Source: Thermoleophilia bacterium (lineage in GTDB: Bacteria > Actinomycetota > Thermoleophilia > Gaiellales > F1-60-MAGs149). Taken from it: a stretch of 64,000 bases of DNA. The position numbers and the translations under genes are program-made. The notes under the pieces were generated by a model. The model saw only the letters and a program-made list of their open reading frames with translations, made no database searches and was not told the DNA's origin. The stretch's first letter is position 1; each line of letters begins with the position of its first letter. The stretch lies in contig JBAXNN010000002.1 of assembly GCA_037133755.1 (NCBI GenBank), positions 26,595 to 90,594 of the forward strand, read 5' to 3'. Positions 18,786-27,589 of the stretch are shown in pieces.

Positions 18786-18816
18786 AGCGATGTTCCTTGG
18801 GATCCAGAGCCACCAG

Positions 18817-18861
18817 TAGGGTGACCTAACGATCGGACGCCCGCATCTTAGGGGTACCTAA
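18817..18861. promoter_or_regulatory. Two related 13-bp palindromic boxes upstream of the FTR1 gene
   Basis: TAGGGTGACCTAA (18817..18829) and TAGGGGTACCTAA (18849..18861). They have TAGG/CCTA inverted arms, a 32-bp spacing, and lie 32-76 bp upstream of the permease start. Confidence 0.3.
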
Positions 18862-18938
18862 GGCGCGCCGTCAAGCACCTACTTCGCGAGCGCGAGCGGC
18901 GTGGATGAGCGGCCCGTCGCGATACCCTGTCACGACTG

Positions 18939-20126
18939 ATGGCGCTCTCCTTCGTCACCTCCGGCCAGTCGCACGGTCCCGGCATCGTCGCGATCCTCTC
19001 GGGTCTGCCCGCGGGCCTGCTTCCGGACCGCGATCGCCTGCAGCGTGATCTGGCCCGACGCCAGGCTGGCTACGGCCGTTCGCCGCGTCAGGCGATCGAG
19101 ACCGACGAGGCCACGATCCTCGGCGGCATGCGCCATGGCCGCACGCTCGGCGGGCCGCTCAGCCTGATCGTCAAGAACCGCGATCACGAGAACTGGGGCG
19201 CCGCCCAGAGCGCCTGGCCCGTCACCGACGAGGAGCTCGCCGAGGTCCATGCGCGGCGCACGCGCGTCGTCAACGTGCCGCGCCCGGGCCACGCCGACCT
19301 GTCGGGCGTCATGAAGTACGAGCTGCCCGACGTCCGCGATGTGCTCGAGCGCGCCTCGGCTCGCGAGACCTCTGCCCGTGTGGCGGTCGGCGCGTTCTGC
19401 AAGGACCTGCTCGACACCGTCGGTATCACCGTCCATGGCCACGTTGTGCGCGTCGGTGCCGTTGAGGCCCCGCACCGCGACGACATCACGGCGCGCGAGT
19501 TCATCGAGATGAGCGAGCGTCAGGTCGGCTGCCTCGACGCCGACACCGACGCCAAGATGGTCGAGGAGATCGAGGCCGCCAAGAAGGCGCAGGACACGCT
19601 CGGCGGCATCGTTGAGGTGCGCGCGTTCGGCTGCCCGCCCGGGCTCGGCTCCTACGCCTCCGAGGACTGGCGTCTCGACGCGCGCATCGCGGGTGCCGCG
19701 ATGGGCATCCAGGCGATGAAGGCCGTCGAGATCGGAGACGGCTGGGCCAACGCCTCGCTGCGCGGCAGTGCCGTGCACGACGAGCTCCGCTACGACGAAG
19801 GCTACAAGCGCGACTCCAACCGCGCGGGCGGGCTCGAGGGCGGCATGACCAACGGTGAGCCCGTCGTCGTGCGCATCGCCATGAAGCCCCTGCCGACGCT
19901 GATGAAGCCGCTCAAGACCGCGACGCTCGACACGCACGAGCCGGCCGAGGCGCTGGTCGAGCGCTCCGACACGACCGCGATCTATGCGGCTGCCGTGGTG
20001 GCCGAGGCCGTCATCGCCTTCGAGTTGGCGCGCGCCGCCAAAGAGAAGTTCGGCGGCGATGCGATTGGCGACTTCGTCGCGGCGCACGCGCACTACCTCA
20101 ACCGGATTCCCTGGTCGCCCGCATGA
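18939..20126 (+). CDS. aroC: Chorismate synthase
   Basis: 395 aa with TSGQSHGPGIVAILSG, RPGHADL and GGMTNGEPVVVR. Confidence 0.95.
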   Translation: MALSFVTSGQSHGPGIVAILSGLPAGLLPDRDRLQRDLARRQAGYGRSPRQAIETDEATILGGMRHGRTLGGPLSLIVKNRDHENWGAAQSAWPVTDEELAEVHARRTRVVNVPRPGHADLSGVMKYELPDVRDVLERASARETSARVAVGAFCKDLLDTVGITVHGHVVRVGAVEAPHRDDITAREFIEMSERQVGCLDADTDAKMVEEIEAAKKAQDTLGGIVEVRAFGCPPGLGSYASEDWRLDARIAGAAMGIQAMKAVEIGDGWANASLRGSAVHDELRYDEGYKRDSNRAGGLEGGMTNGEPVVVRIAMKPLPTLMKPLKTATLDTHEPAEALVERSDTTAIYAAAVVAEAVIAFELARAAKEKFGGDAIGDFVAAHAHYLNRIPWSPA

Positions 20127-21604
20127 GCCGGCCCGACGTCCTCGTCGGGTTCATGGGTGCCGGCAAGTCCACCGTCGGCGAGTTGCTGGCGGCGCTCAAG
20201 GGCACCACGTTCGTCGACGTCGACCGCGAGCTCGAGCGCCGCACGTCGCGCTCCATCCCCGATCTCTTCGGCGATGGCGAGGAGCAGTTCCGCGAGCTCG
20301 AGGAGCAGGTCATCACCGAGCTGATCGCGGCGGGCGAGCACGGCGTGATCGCGCCGGGCGGCGGCGCGCTGTCGCGCCCGGGCACGCGCGCGCTGGTGCG
20401 CCAACAGGCTCGCGTGCTGTTTCTCGACGCTCCGGCCGAGGTGCTGTGGCAGCGCGTCGAGGCCGACGGTGGCGCTGGCACGCGCCCGCTGGCCGTCAAC
20501 TTCCATCGTTTCGAGGACCTGCATAGCCAGCGCCAGACGCTCTACGTGACAGCCGCCGACGCGATCGTCGATGCCGCGGCCGATCCGGAGACCGTGGCGA
20601 TCGCCTGCCGCGACGCGGGCGTCGTGCGCCCCGGTGCACTCGACCGCATCGCAGAGTTGGCTGACGGCCGCCGCGCCTTCGTCGTGGTCGATCTACCCGT
20701 CGCCGACCGCATCCCGGAAGGGCTCGAGGTCTACACGCTGCCCGGAGGCGAGCAGTGCAAGACCGTCTCGCACGTCGAAGCGCTCTGGCGTGCGTTCGCC
20801 GAGGCCGAGCTCGAGCGCCGCGATCTCGTCGTCGCCATCGGCGGCGGCGCTGTCACCGACGTGACCGGCTTTGCCGCCGCGACCTTCCGCCGCGGGCTTG
20901 ACTGGGTCTCGTGCCCGACGACGCTCGTCGGCCAGGTCGACGCCGGCATCGGTGGCAAGACCGGGATCGACGTCGCCGCCAAGAACGACGTGGGCAGCTT
21001 CCATCCGCCGATTGCCGTGCTGGCCGACCCGTCGCTGCTGACCACGCTGGTCGACCGCGAATGGCGTGCCGGCTTCGCCGAGGCGCTCAAGACCGGCCTG
21101 CTCGCGGGCGGGCCACTGTGGGAGCTCGTGCGCGAATGGCCCACGACGCGCGGCACCGACGACGAGCGCTGGACCCTCGTGCGTCGCTGCGCCGCGCTCA
21201 AGCACCGCGTCGTGGCCGCCGACCCGACCGAGCAGGGCGTGCGCGCCATCCTCAACCTCGGCCATACGATCGGCCATGGCGTCGAGCACGCCGCGGGTGG
21301 CCGCTATCTGCACGGCGAGGCGATTGCGATCGGTCTTGTCGCGGCGCTGCAGCTGTCGGTCGAGCATGCTGGCCTCGACGTGGCGATTGCCGACGAGGTG
21401 ATGGGCGTCCTCACGCGTCAGGGCCTGCCGACGGTGGCCGACGACGTTGCGCCCGAAGCGGTACTCGACGCGATGCGCTCCGATAAGAAGCGCGTGGCCG
21501 GCCGTACCCGCTTCGTGCTGCTCGAGGCGCCCGGCCAGCCGGTCTGGGGCGTCGAGCTCGACGACGACGCGGTTGCCGCCGCCGTCGACGCCGCGTGCCG
21601 CTGA
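20123..21604 (+). CDS. Bifunctional shikimate kinase / 3-dehydroquinate synthase
   Basis: 493 aa. The N-terminus GFMGAGKSTVG (Walker A) is AroK. From about residue 170 it is AroB: GGGAVTDVTGFAAATFRRGL, DAGIGGKTGID and LNLGHTIGHGVE. Confidence 0.9.
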   Translation: MSRPDVLVGFMGAGKSTVGELLAALKGTTFVDVDRELERRTSRSIPDLFGDGEEQFRELEEQVITELIAAGEHGVIAPGGGALSRPGTRALVRQQARVLFLDAPAEVLWQRVEADGGAGTRPLAVNFHRFEDLHSQRQTLYVTAADAIVDAAADPETVAIACRDAGVVRPGALDRIAELADGRRAFVVVDLPVADRIPEGLEVYTLPGGEQCKTVSHVEALWRAFAEAELERRDLVVAIGGGAVTDVTGFAAATFRRGLDWVSCPTTLVGQVDAGIGGKTGIDVAAKNDVGSFHPPIAVLADPSLLTTLVDREWRAGFAEALKTGLLAGGPLWELVREWPTTRGTDDERWTLVRRCAALKHRVVAADPTEQGVRAILNLGHTIGHGVEHAAGGRYLHGEAIAIGLVAALQLSVEHAGLDVAIADEVMGVLTRQGLPTVADDVAPEAVLDAMRSDKKRVAGRTRFVLLEAPGQPVWGVELDDDAVAAAVDAACR

Positions 21605-21627
21605 GCGTCAACGCGTAGACTGCGCGC

Positions 21628-22062
21628 ATGATCGCGGTCTTCAACGGCGTCAACCTCAACATGCTCGGTCAGCGCGACCCGGCGCAGTACGGCACGCTCA
21701 CGCTGAGCGAGCTCGAGAGCCAGGTCTACGCGTGGGCGGGCGAGCGCAGCATGACGGCGCGCTGCTTCCAGACGAACCACGAGGGCGTGCTGATCGACCA
21801 CATCCATGAGTGCCGCGGCTGGGCCAACGGGTTGATCATCAACCCCGGCGCGTGGACGCACTACTCGTACGCGATCCGCGACGCGCTTGAGATCTTCACC
21901 GCGCCGAAGGTCGAAGTGCACCTATCCGACATCATGCAGCGCGAGGAGTGGCGGCGGCATTCGGTGATCGCAGACGTGATGGACCACCGCATCAGCGGCA
22001 AGGGACCCGACGGGTACCGCGAGGCGCTGGACTGGCTGCACGAGGCCATCGCCAATGTCTGA
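21628..22062 (+). CDS. aroQ: Type II 3-dehydroquinate dehydratase
   Basis: 144 aa with NGVNLNMLGQRDP, QTNHEG, IINPGAWTHYS and VEVHLSD. Confidence 0.9.
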   Translation: MIAVFNGVNLNMLGQRDPAQYGTLTLSELESQVYAWAGERSMTARCFQTNHEGVLIDHIHECRGWANGLIINPGAWTHYSYAIRDALEIFTAPKVEVHLSDIMQREEWRRHSVIADVMDHRISGKGPDGYREALDWLHEAIANV

Positions 22063-23149
22063 GCAGCGCGCCCGCATCGACCGCGCGATCGCCGCGCTCG
22101 GCGGCGCTGGCGTCGACGCGCTGATGGTCACCAACCTCGTCAACGTGCGGTACCTGACGGGCTACACCGGTTCCAACGGCGTCGTCGTCCTGTCGAAGGA
22201 TCGCGCCGTGTTCATCACCGACTTCCGCTACGCCGACGGCGTGGAGCACCTGCGGGCGCTGCTCGACGTCGTCGTGCTCGAGCGCGACATTGCCGGCCTC
22301 ACCGTTGAGGGCCTTGGCGAGTACGCGCCGGGCTGCGCGCGCGTCGGCTTCGAGGGCGCGCTGCCGTACGCCCTGGCAGAGCGCCTGCGCGGCATGACGC
22401 CGAGTGGGGTGGAGCTCGTGCTCGCCGACGGGATCATCGAGGAGCTGCGGATCGTCAAGAGCGACACCGAGATCGCGGCCTCGCGCCACGCCGCCGACAT
22501 CCTCGAGGTCGTCTACACCGACATCGCCAACGGCACCCTCGTGGGGCGCACGGAGGCCGACGTGGCGTGGCAGATCGAGCGCACGATCCGCGAGGCGGGC
22601 TTCCCGGCGCTGTCCTTCGAATCGATCGTCGCGGCGGGCGCCAACGGTGCACGACCGCACTGCGAGCCTGGCCCGACGGTGATCCAGCGCGGCGACCTCG
22701 TGACGGTCGACATCGGCGCGCGCGGCGAGAGCGGCTACTGCTCGGATTGCACCCGCACCTTCGCGGCCGGTGGCGCGCCAGTTGCCGAGGCGGCAGCCGA
22801 CTACCAACTCGTGCTCGACGCCCAGCTCGCCGGCCTCGGCTCAGTGCGCCCCGGCGCGATCGGCGGGGCCTGCGACGCGACCGCCCGCGAGGTCATTGCC
22901 GATGGCGGCTGTGGCGAGCTGTTCGGCCACGGCCTCGGCCACGGCACCGGCCTCGACATCCACGAGGCGCCCACGCTGCGCAAGGGCTCCGAGGACATCC
23001 TCGCCCCGGGCATGATCGTCACCGTCGAGCCCGGCATCTACCGCCCCGGCAAGTGGGGCATCCGGATCGAGGACCAGGTCGTCGTGACCGAGTCCGGCCA
23101 CGAGATCCTGACCGGGTTCACCAAGGACCTGGTCGAGACCGCCGGGTAG
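22055..23149 (+). CDS. M24-family Xaa-Pro aminopeptidase/dipeptidase
   Basis: 364 aa with VNVRYLTGYTGSNG, DIGARGESGYCSDCTRTF, GHGLGHGTGLDIHE and VTVEPGIY. Confidence 0.85.
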   Translation: MSEQRARIDRAIAALGGAGVDALMVTNLVNVRYLTGYTGSNGVVVLSKDRAVFITDFRYADGVEHLRALLDVVVLERDIAGLTVEGLGEYAPGCARVGFEGALPYALAERLRGMTPSGVELVLADGIIEELRIVKSDTEIAASRHAADILEVVYTDIANGTLVGRTEADVAWQIERTIREAGFPALSFESIVAAGANGARPHCEPGPTVIQRGDLVTVDIGARGESGYCSDCTRTFAAGGAPVAEAAADYQLVLDAQLAGLGSVRPGAIGGACDATAREVIADGGCGELFGHGLGHGTGLDIHEAPTLRKGSEDILAPGMIVTVEPGIYRPGKWGIRIEDQVVVTESGHEILTGFTKDLVETAG

Positions 23150-23183
23150 CGCAGCCCGTCCGCCAGCCCGGTACCCTGCGGAC

Positions 23184-23750
23184 ATGGCGGAAATGGTCTC
23201 CACGAATCAGTTCAAGAACGGCATGCACATCGATGTCGACGGCACGACGTATCGCATCGTCGAGTTCCAGCACGTCAAGCCCGGCAAGGGTGGCGCGTTC
23301 GTGCGCACGAAGCTGAAGAACTTCGACAACGGCTCGGTTGTGGATCGCACGTTCCGCGCCGGCGAGAAGTTCCAGCGCATCCTCACGAGCGTCGCCGACA
23401 TGCAGTTTCTCTACGACGATGGCACCGACGTCGTGATGATGGACACGGAGACCTACGAGCAGGTCACGCTCAAGCGCGCGATGTGCGAGGAAGACCTCCG
23501 CTGGCTCAAGGAGGGCGATACCGTCCAGCTCCTCAGCGTCGACGACAACCCCGCGTCGCTGCAGCTGCCCGCCTCGGTCGAGCTCTCCGTCACCGCGACC
23601 GAGCCCGGCGTCAAGGGCGACACCGTGTCCAACGTGATGAAGCCCGCCACGCTCGAGACCGGTGCCGTCGTGCAGGTGCCGCTGTTCGTCAACGAGGGCG
23701 ACCGCATCCGCGTCGACACGCGCGAGGCCAAGTACATCTCGCGTGCCTAG
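23184..23750 (+). CDS. efp: Elongation factor P
   Basis: 188 aa with VSTNQFKNGMHIDVDG, VKPGKGGAFVRTKLKN and ATLETGAVVQVPLFV. Confidence 0.95.
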   Translation: MAEMVSTNQFKNGMHIDVDGTTYRIVEFQHVKPGKGGAFVRTKLKNFDNGSVVDRTFRAGEKFQRILTSVADMQFLYDDGTDVVMMDTETYEQVTLKRAMCEEDLRWLKEGDTVQLLSVDDNPASLQLPASVELSVTATEPGVKGDTVSNVMKPATLETGAVVQVPLFVNEGDRIRVDTREAKYISRA

Positions 23751-23799
23751 CGCTCCGCCTGCGGGCGTGCGTTGCGGGGCTCGTTGTCGATCAGGTGTG

Positions 23800-23898
23800 G
23801 ATGCTCCAAAGGGGTCAGACCCTTTTGGTGCATGCGAGCCGTTGAAGGCACTACGGCGCCGATCATGCTCCAAAAGGGTCTGACCCCTTTGGAGCATC
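23800..23898. repeat. Pair of 34-bp near-palindromic units in inverted orientation (REP-like)
   Basis: Unit 1 (23800..23833) is gatgctccaaaggggtcagacccttttggtgcat. The reverse complement of unit 2 (23865..23898) matches unit 1 at 33 of 34 positions. The spacer is 31 bp. The pair lies directly after the efp stop. Confidence 0.75.
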
Positions 23899-24003
23899 TG
23901 CGCTCGAGCAACCTCTCGCTGCCGATACTCGTTCCCACTGCCCACCCGCCACGGAGCGCGCCCTGCGCGCTCCGGGTTGTCCGGTCGCTAACCTCTTCCA
24001 CTG

Positions 24004-25782
24004 ATGGCACGTCTCGTCGACACCACGCTGCGCATTCTCGCGCAGGAGCCCATCGCCGGCCGTGTGCCCGCGTCGCTCCAGTTCGAGGCGTGCGAGCTGC
24101 TCGACAGCGCCGGCTTCCACGTGCTCGAGGTGACGGGCGGCGGCTGCTTCTACAGCGCCGTCCAGCGCGGCGTCGAGAGCCCCTGGGAGCGCATCCGCAA
24201 TCTTCGCCGTCGCGCCACGCAGACGCCGCTCGGCATGGCGCTGCGCGGCCGCTTCCTCGTCGGAACGCAGCCCGTCGAGCAGGACCTGATTCGCCGCTTC
24301 GTCGATAGTGCTGCCGAGTCGGGCATTGCGGTCTTCCGCATGCACGACGTGATGAACGATCCCGAGGATCTCGCGGGTCCCGTCGAGGCCGTGCGCGAGA
24401 CCGGTGCCCGACTGCACCTCGGCCTCGTCTACGACGAGTATCCGGAGGGCGAGGCGCGCATGCTCGCCCGGGCACCCGAGCTGGCTGCCCTCGGCGCCGA
24501 CCGTCTGCTCCTGCTCGATCCCGCCGGTGCGCTCGACCCGTCGAAGACCGGCGCGCTGATCACCAAGCTGCGCGACGCCGCCGGCATCCCCGTCGGCCTG
24601 TATCCGCAGGGTCCGGGTGGCACCTCGCTCGCCGTCGCCATCGAGGCTGCGCGTGCCGGCGCCGATCCGATCTCCGTCGCCACGTATCCGCTCGCCGTCT
24701 CCGGCCATCGGACCAGCTCGGAGCTGCTCTGCCAGACGATCGACGGCCTCGGTCTCGAGTCGGGCATCGACCAGGGCGTGCTCTGGCAGGTCGCCGAGAT
24801 GCTCGACCGCGCGCTGTTTGCCGACACCACGCTGCCGCCGCCGCTGTCCGCGCACGTCTCGCTGCAGGCCGCGCTGAAGGGCGTGCCCGCGGGGCTCGTC
24901 GCCGGCGTCGAGCGCCGCCTCGAGGCCATCGACGCGAGCGACCGTCTGGCCGAGGTGCTCGACGAGGTCCAGCGTGTGCGCGACGACCTCGGCACACCGC
25001 CCGCTGCCTCGCCGCTCGGCGACGTGATCGCGCGGCAGGCGATCGACCACGTGCTCGAAGGCCGCCGCTGGAATGCCATTGACGGCGAGATGCGCGCCCT
25101 GATTCGCGGTGAGTGGGGCCGGCCTCCGGCACCCATGAATCCCGAGGTCGTGGCGTTGGCCGAGACCGGCAACGGAGGTGCATCCTCGATTTCCGTCCCC
25201 GCCGACATCGCCTCGGCTCGGGCCGAGGTCGGCGAGCTGGCCACCTCCGAGGAGGAGCTCTGCCTCGTCGCGCTGTTTGGCGACGACGCGGTGCCGCTGC
25301 TCGAGCGCCTGCGCGGCCGCCACCAGGCGATCGCCACCGGCGTCACCAACGAGGAGGAAGAGCGCATCCGCGGCCTCGTCGATCTCCTCGAGGAGACCGG
25401 ACTGGGCGAGCTCGAAGTGGAGGAGGGCGGCATCCGCATCTCGCTCCGCCAGCAGACGCAGGTCCAGCAGGTCTTCGCGGCCGCGCCTGCCGCTGCCGCC
25501 GCGGCTCCCGCTGACGCTACCCCTGCCGCACCGAGCGGGCAGCAGATCACGAGCCCGATGGTCGGTACGTTCTATCGCTCGCCCGGCCCCGGCGAGGCGG
25601 CCTTCATCGAGGAGGGCGCCACGGTCGAGGTTGGACAGGTGCTGTGCATCCTCGAGGCGATGAAGCTCTTCAACGAGTTCAAGGCCGAGACCGCCGGCAC
25701 GATCAAGCGCATCCTCGTCGAGGACGCGACGGCCGTCGAGTTCGGCCAGCCGCTGTTCGAGATCGACCCCAGCGGGGCGTAA
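24004..25782 (+). CDS. PycB/OadA/5S-like carboxyltransferase-fold domain (metal ligands substituted) fused to an AccB-type biotin carboxyl carrier domain
   Basis: 592 aa. The N-terminal part aligns with the 5S/OadA TIM barrel (SPWERIRNLRR, LRGRFLVG, FRMHDVMNDPEDL). The C-terminus SPMVGTFYRSPGPGEAAFIEEGATVEVGQVLCILEAMKLFNEFKAE is colinear with E. coli AccB. Confidence 0.8.
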   Translation: MARLVDTTLRILAQEPIAGRVPASLQFEACELLDSAGFHVLEVTGGGCFYSAVQRGVESPWERIRNLRRRATQTPLGMALRGRFLVGTQPVEQDLIRRFVDSAAESGIAVFRMHDVMNDPEDLAGPVEAVRETGARLHLGLVYDEYPEGEARMLARAPELAALGADRLLLLDPAGALDPSKTGALITKLRDAAGIPVGLYPQGPGGTSLAVAIEAARAGADPISVATYPLAVSGHRTSSELLCQTIDGLGLESGIDQGVLWQVAEMLDRALFADTTLPPPLSAHVSLQAALKGVPAGLVAGVERRLEAIDASDRLAEVLDEVQRVRDDLGTPPAASPLGDVIARQAIDHVLEGRRWNAIDGEMRALIRGEWGRPPAPMNPEVVALAETGNGGASSISVPADIASARAEVGELATSEEELCLVALFGDDAVPLLERLRGRHQAIATGVTNEEEERIRGLVDLLEETGLGELEVEEGGIRISLRQQTQVQQVFAAAPAAAAAAPADATPAAPSGQQITSPMVGTFYRSPGPGEAAFIEEGATVEVGQVLCILEAMKLFNEFKAETAGTIKRILVEDATAVEFGQPLFEIDPSGA

Positions 25783-27143
25783 TGCTGCGTCGCTGCCTCG
25801 TCGCGAACCGGGGCGAGATCGCCGTCCGGATCATCCGCGCCTGCCACGAGCTCGGCATCGAAGCAGTCGCCGTCCACTCGACGGCAGACAAGGACGCCAT
25901 GCACGTGCGCATGGCCGATCACGCGGTGCAGATCGGCCCGCCACAGGCGTCGGAGTCGTACCTGCGCGTCGATCGCCTCGTCTCCGCCGCACTGAGCACG
26001 GGCTGCGACTCGATCCATCCGGGCTACGGGTTCCTCGCCGAGAGCACCGAGCTCGTACGCGCGTGCGCCGAGCACGACCTGGTCTGGATTGGTCCCGCCG
26101 CCGAGGTGATCGAGACGATGGGCGACAAGGCCGTCGCCAAGGACACCATGCGCAACGCCGGCCTGCCGCTTGTGCCGGGCTCCGGTGGACGCCTATCGGG
26201 TCCCGACGAGGCCGCCGAGGTCGCCAAGGAAGCCGGCTATCCCGTGCTGCTCAAGGCCGCGGCCGGTGGTGGCGGCAAGGGCATGCGCCTTGTGCACGAG
26301 CCCGGTCAGGTCCGCGATCTGTTCCTCGCCGCCAGCGCCGAAGCGGAAGCCGCCTTCGGCGATGCGGGCATGTACCTCGAGAAGGCCGTGATCGACGCGC
26401 ACCACGTCGAGATCCAGGTGATGGGCGATGGTCTCGGTGGGGGCATCATCCTCGGCGAGCGCGAGTGCTCGATCCAGCGCCGCCACCAGAAGCTGATCGA
26501 GGAGTCGCCGTCGCCGTTCCTCTCTGCCGCCACGCGCGAGCAGATGATGACCGCCGCGCGCGACGCCGTCGAGTCGCTCAAGTACGCCGGTGCCGGCACC
26601 ATCGAGTTCCTGGTCGGTGACGACCAATCGTTCTACTTCATGGAGATGAACACGCGCCTCCAGGTCGAGCACCCGGTAACCGAGGTCGTCGCGGGCTTTG
26701 ACCTCGTGCAGGCGCAGCTGCTCGTCGCCGGCGGCGAATCACTGCCGCAGTGGAGCGAGGCCGAGAATCGCGGCCACGCGATCGAGTTCCGCATCAATGC
26801 GGAGGACCCGATGCACGGCTTCCGCCCCGCGCCGGGCCGCATCGAGCGATTTCGTCCGGCGCTCGGCCCCGGCATCCGCATCGACACCTTCATGGAAGAC
26901 GGCGCCTCCGTCCCGCCGTTCTACGACTCGATGATCGCCAAGCTGATCGTCTCCGGCCCCGACCGCGCGTCGGTGCTGGCGCGCTCGGCCCGAGCGCTCG
27001 ACGAGTTCGAGATCGTTGGCATCCCCACGACCATCCCGCTGCTCCGCGAGATCGTCGACGAGCCCAACTTCCGGGCCGGCCGCTACACGACGACGTACAT
27101 CGACGAAGTCGGCCATACGTTCTCCACGCTCGGAGAGGCGTAG
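25782..27143 (+). CDS. accC: Biotin carboxylase
   Basis: The start is at MLRRCLVANRGEIAVRIIRA, with a TAATG overlap to the upstream gene. It has an ATP-grasp region (PVLLKAAAGGGGKGMRLV), ECSIQRRHQKLIEE and MNTRLQVEHPVTE. Confidence 0.9.
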   Translation: MLRRCLVANRGEIAVRIIRACHELGIEAVAVHSTADKDAMHVRMADHAVQIGPPQASESYLRVDRLVSAALSTGCDSIHPGYGFLAESTELVRACAEHDLVWIGPAAEVIETMGDKAVAKDTMRNAGLPLVPGSGGRLSGPDEAAEVAKEAGYPVLLKAAAGGGGKGMRLVHEPGQVRDLFLAASAEAEAAFGDAGMYLEKAVIDAHHVEIQVMGDGLGGGIILGERECSIQRRHQKLIEESPSPFLSAATREQMMTAARDAVESLKYAGAGTIEFLVGDDQSFYFMEMNTRLQVEHPVTEVVAGFDLVQAQLLVAGGESLPQWSEAENRGHAIEFRINAEDPMHGFRPAPGRIERFRPALGPGIRIDTFMEDGASVPPFYDSMIAKLIVSGPDRASVLARSARALDEFEIVGIPTTIPLLREIVDEPNFRAGRYTTTYIDEVGHTFSTLGEA

Positions 27144-27145
27144 GC

Positions 27146-27580
27146 ATGGCAGCAGAGGCGGAGACCAAGGACGCGGATGCGTCGCGTCGTCAGTCGCGCC
27201 GTGTCGCCGTGATGCTCCTGTACCAGGAGGACATCACCGGCCACGCGATGGACGAGATCGTGTCCCAGCACGAGCGCGATGCCAACCGAGCGTTGCCGGC
27301 CTACTCGCGGCAGCTGATCGACGGCGTGCACGAGCATCAGGCGCGGCTCGATGGCGAGATCGACGACCTCGCCCAGGGGTGGAGCATCGAGCGCATCGCG
27401 CCGGTCGAGCGCGCCGTCCTCCGCGTCGGGCTGCTCGAGCTGGACCAGGACGATCCGCCCGCTGCCGTGGCGATGGCCGAGGCGGTCGCGCTTGCGCGGC
27501 GCTACGCGTCGCCCGAGGCCGCAGCGTTCATCAACGGCATTCTCAGCGCCGCTGCTCGCACACGCGGCAAGGGCCGGTAA
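27146..27580 (+). CDS. nusB: Transcription antitermination factor NusB
   Basis: 144 aa with RRQSRRVAVMLLYQ, ERIAPVERAVLRVGLLEL and FINGILS. Confidence 0.85.
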   Translation: MAAEAETKDADASRRQSRRVAVMLLYQEDITGHAMDEIVSQHERDANRALPAYSRQLIDGVHEHQARLDGEIDDLAQGWSIERIAPVERAVLRVGLLELDQDDPPAAVAMAEAVALARRYASPEAAAFINGILSAAARTRGKGR

Positions 27581-27589
27581 CCTCCGGCT

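Noticed and set aside
18849-18861. A canonical IdeR/DtxR iron box upstream of the FTR1 gene.
   Set aside because: Only the outer arms (TTAGG/CCTAA) match. The central 9 bp of the 19-bp consensus TTAGGTTAGGCTAACCTAA is replaced by 4 bp. I therefore report it only as an unassigned palindrome pair.
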